A DNA stretch of 62,000 bases. Origin: Chiloscyllium plagiosum. Lineage: Eukaryota. Positions 61,132 to 62,000 of the stretch are shown here, piece after piece. The notes below the pieces were generated by a model. The model saw only the letters and a program-made list of their open reading frames with translations. It was not told where the DNA came from and ran no database searches. The stretch covers positions 15,056,597-15,118,596 of the forward strand of contig NC_057751.1 of the NCBI RefSeq assembly GCF_004010195.1. The letters run 5' to 3'. Both the position numbers and the translations under genes were made by a program. Positions within the stretch are counted from its first letter, which is position 1. Each line of letters begins with the position of its first letter.

Positions 61132-62000
61132 TGTTAGGACATGGAGGTTGAACCCCTCTGCTAATTAAAACTAACACTCCAGAAAAGCTCACCTCGCCTC
61201 ATAATTTGCTAAAAGTGTGAGTGAGTGAAAGCCCCCGATTTCTACTGGTTTAAAGAAAAAAATAACAATTTATTTTCTTAACTCTAACAGTGAAAACTAA
61301 ACTATTAACAAAACTGAGTGCCCTTTCTCTTAACTAATCACTACCTGACCCCAACTTTAATAAAATGCTACTCTAATAACACAATCACTAAACATTAAAT
61401 TAATTTAATCTCTCAATGTCCATATGGTCTATTATGAAATCTTCCTTCTGGTCTTCCAAATCTGCTGTTTCCTTCTGTCCTTCGAGTTCTGCTGTCTTCT
61501 CCTTGGTGGGCGGCATGATGGTACAGTGGTTAGCACTGCTGCCTTACAGCGCTAGAGACCTGGGTTCAATTCCCACCTCGGGCAATGTCTGTGTGGAGTT
61601 TGCACATTCTCCCTGTGTCTGCGTGGGTTTCCTCTGGGTGCTCCGGTTTCCTCCCACAGTCCAAAAATGTGCAGGTTACGTGAATTGGCCATGCTACATT
61701 GCCTGTAGTGTTCGGTGAAGGGGTAAATGTAGGGAATGGGCCTGGGTGGGTTGCTCTTCGGAGGGTCGGTGTGGACCTGTTGGGCCGAAGGGCCTGTTTC
61801 CACACTGTAAGTAATCTAATCTAATTCTTGGGCTGTCTTCTGTGGTTTTTTTTACTGCGAATATCCTTGCATAAAATTCCATGGTGCCTTTAATAGGGTG
61901 TACCTTCTGACAGCTTTCTTTGAGAGTATTGAGACCCTTTTCAGATGACGTGCTGTTATGTTCCACAGGCAAGTAGCTCTTACTAATTTTCAACATGCCC
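61132..62000. mobile_element. LTR-like element of the 31343 family, running off the window, interrupted by a SINE
   Basis: tgttaggac..gaacccctctgctaattaaa..ccagaaaagctcacctcgcctc aligns with 31343-31420. Confidence 0.6.
61508..61823 (+). mobile_element. HE1-like V-SINE, full length
   Basis: Head, V-domain, (TAATC)n tail. Confidence 0.9.

Noticed and set aside
55895..62000. POLB exons 12-14 (GVCQL..RRIDIR, YFTGS, NEY motifs)
   Set aside because: Not found by eye; most likely downstream of the window, so this is not evidence of a truncated gene.

Overview
Eukaryotic, repeat-rich vertebrate DNA, almost certainly from a shark. HE1-like V-SINEs with (TAATC)n tails, CR1/HER1-like LINEs and Deu-domain SINEs point to an elasmobranch, plausibly a carpet/bamboo shark (inference). 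The only host gene I can support is DNA polymerase beta (POLB) on the + strand. It has a CpG-island promoter at about 10.4-10.8 kb and coding exons 1-11 (10663-55894; 708 nt, codons 1-236), all GT-AG, with exon sizes 61/58/67/75/59/50/52/55/73/71/87 matching human POLB as I recall it. Exons 12-14 were not found and probably lie beyond the window. The rest is mostly nested retroelement debris: CR1 and CR1/L2-type LINEs, Tx1-type LINEs, Penelope-like elements (PLEs), solo LTRs, TA-targeting MITEs and three SINE families. Nearly all ORFs in the supplied track come from these repeats. The most notable hidden structures are minimal hammerhead-ribozyme motifs in PLE termini (intact only antisense to POLB), PLE and SINE fold-back hairpins, and a tandem duplication with templated insertions. 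I found no convincing wholly new gene system. Repeat coordinates and family names are from reading by eye and are approximate.
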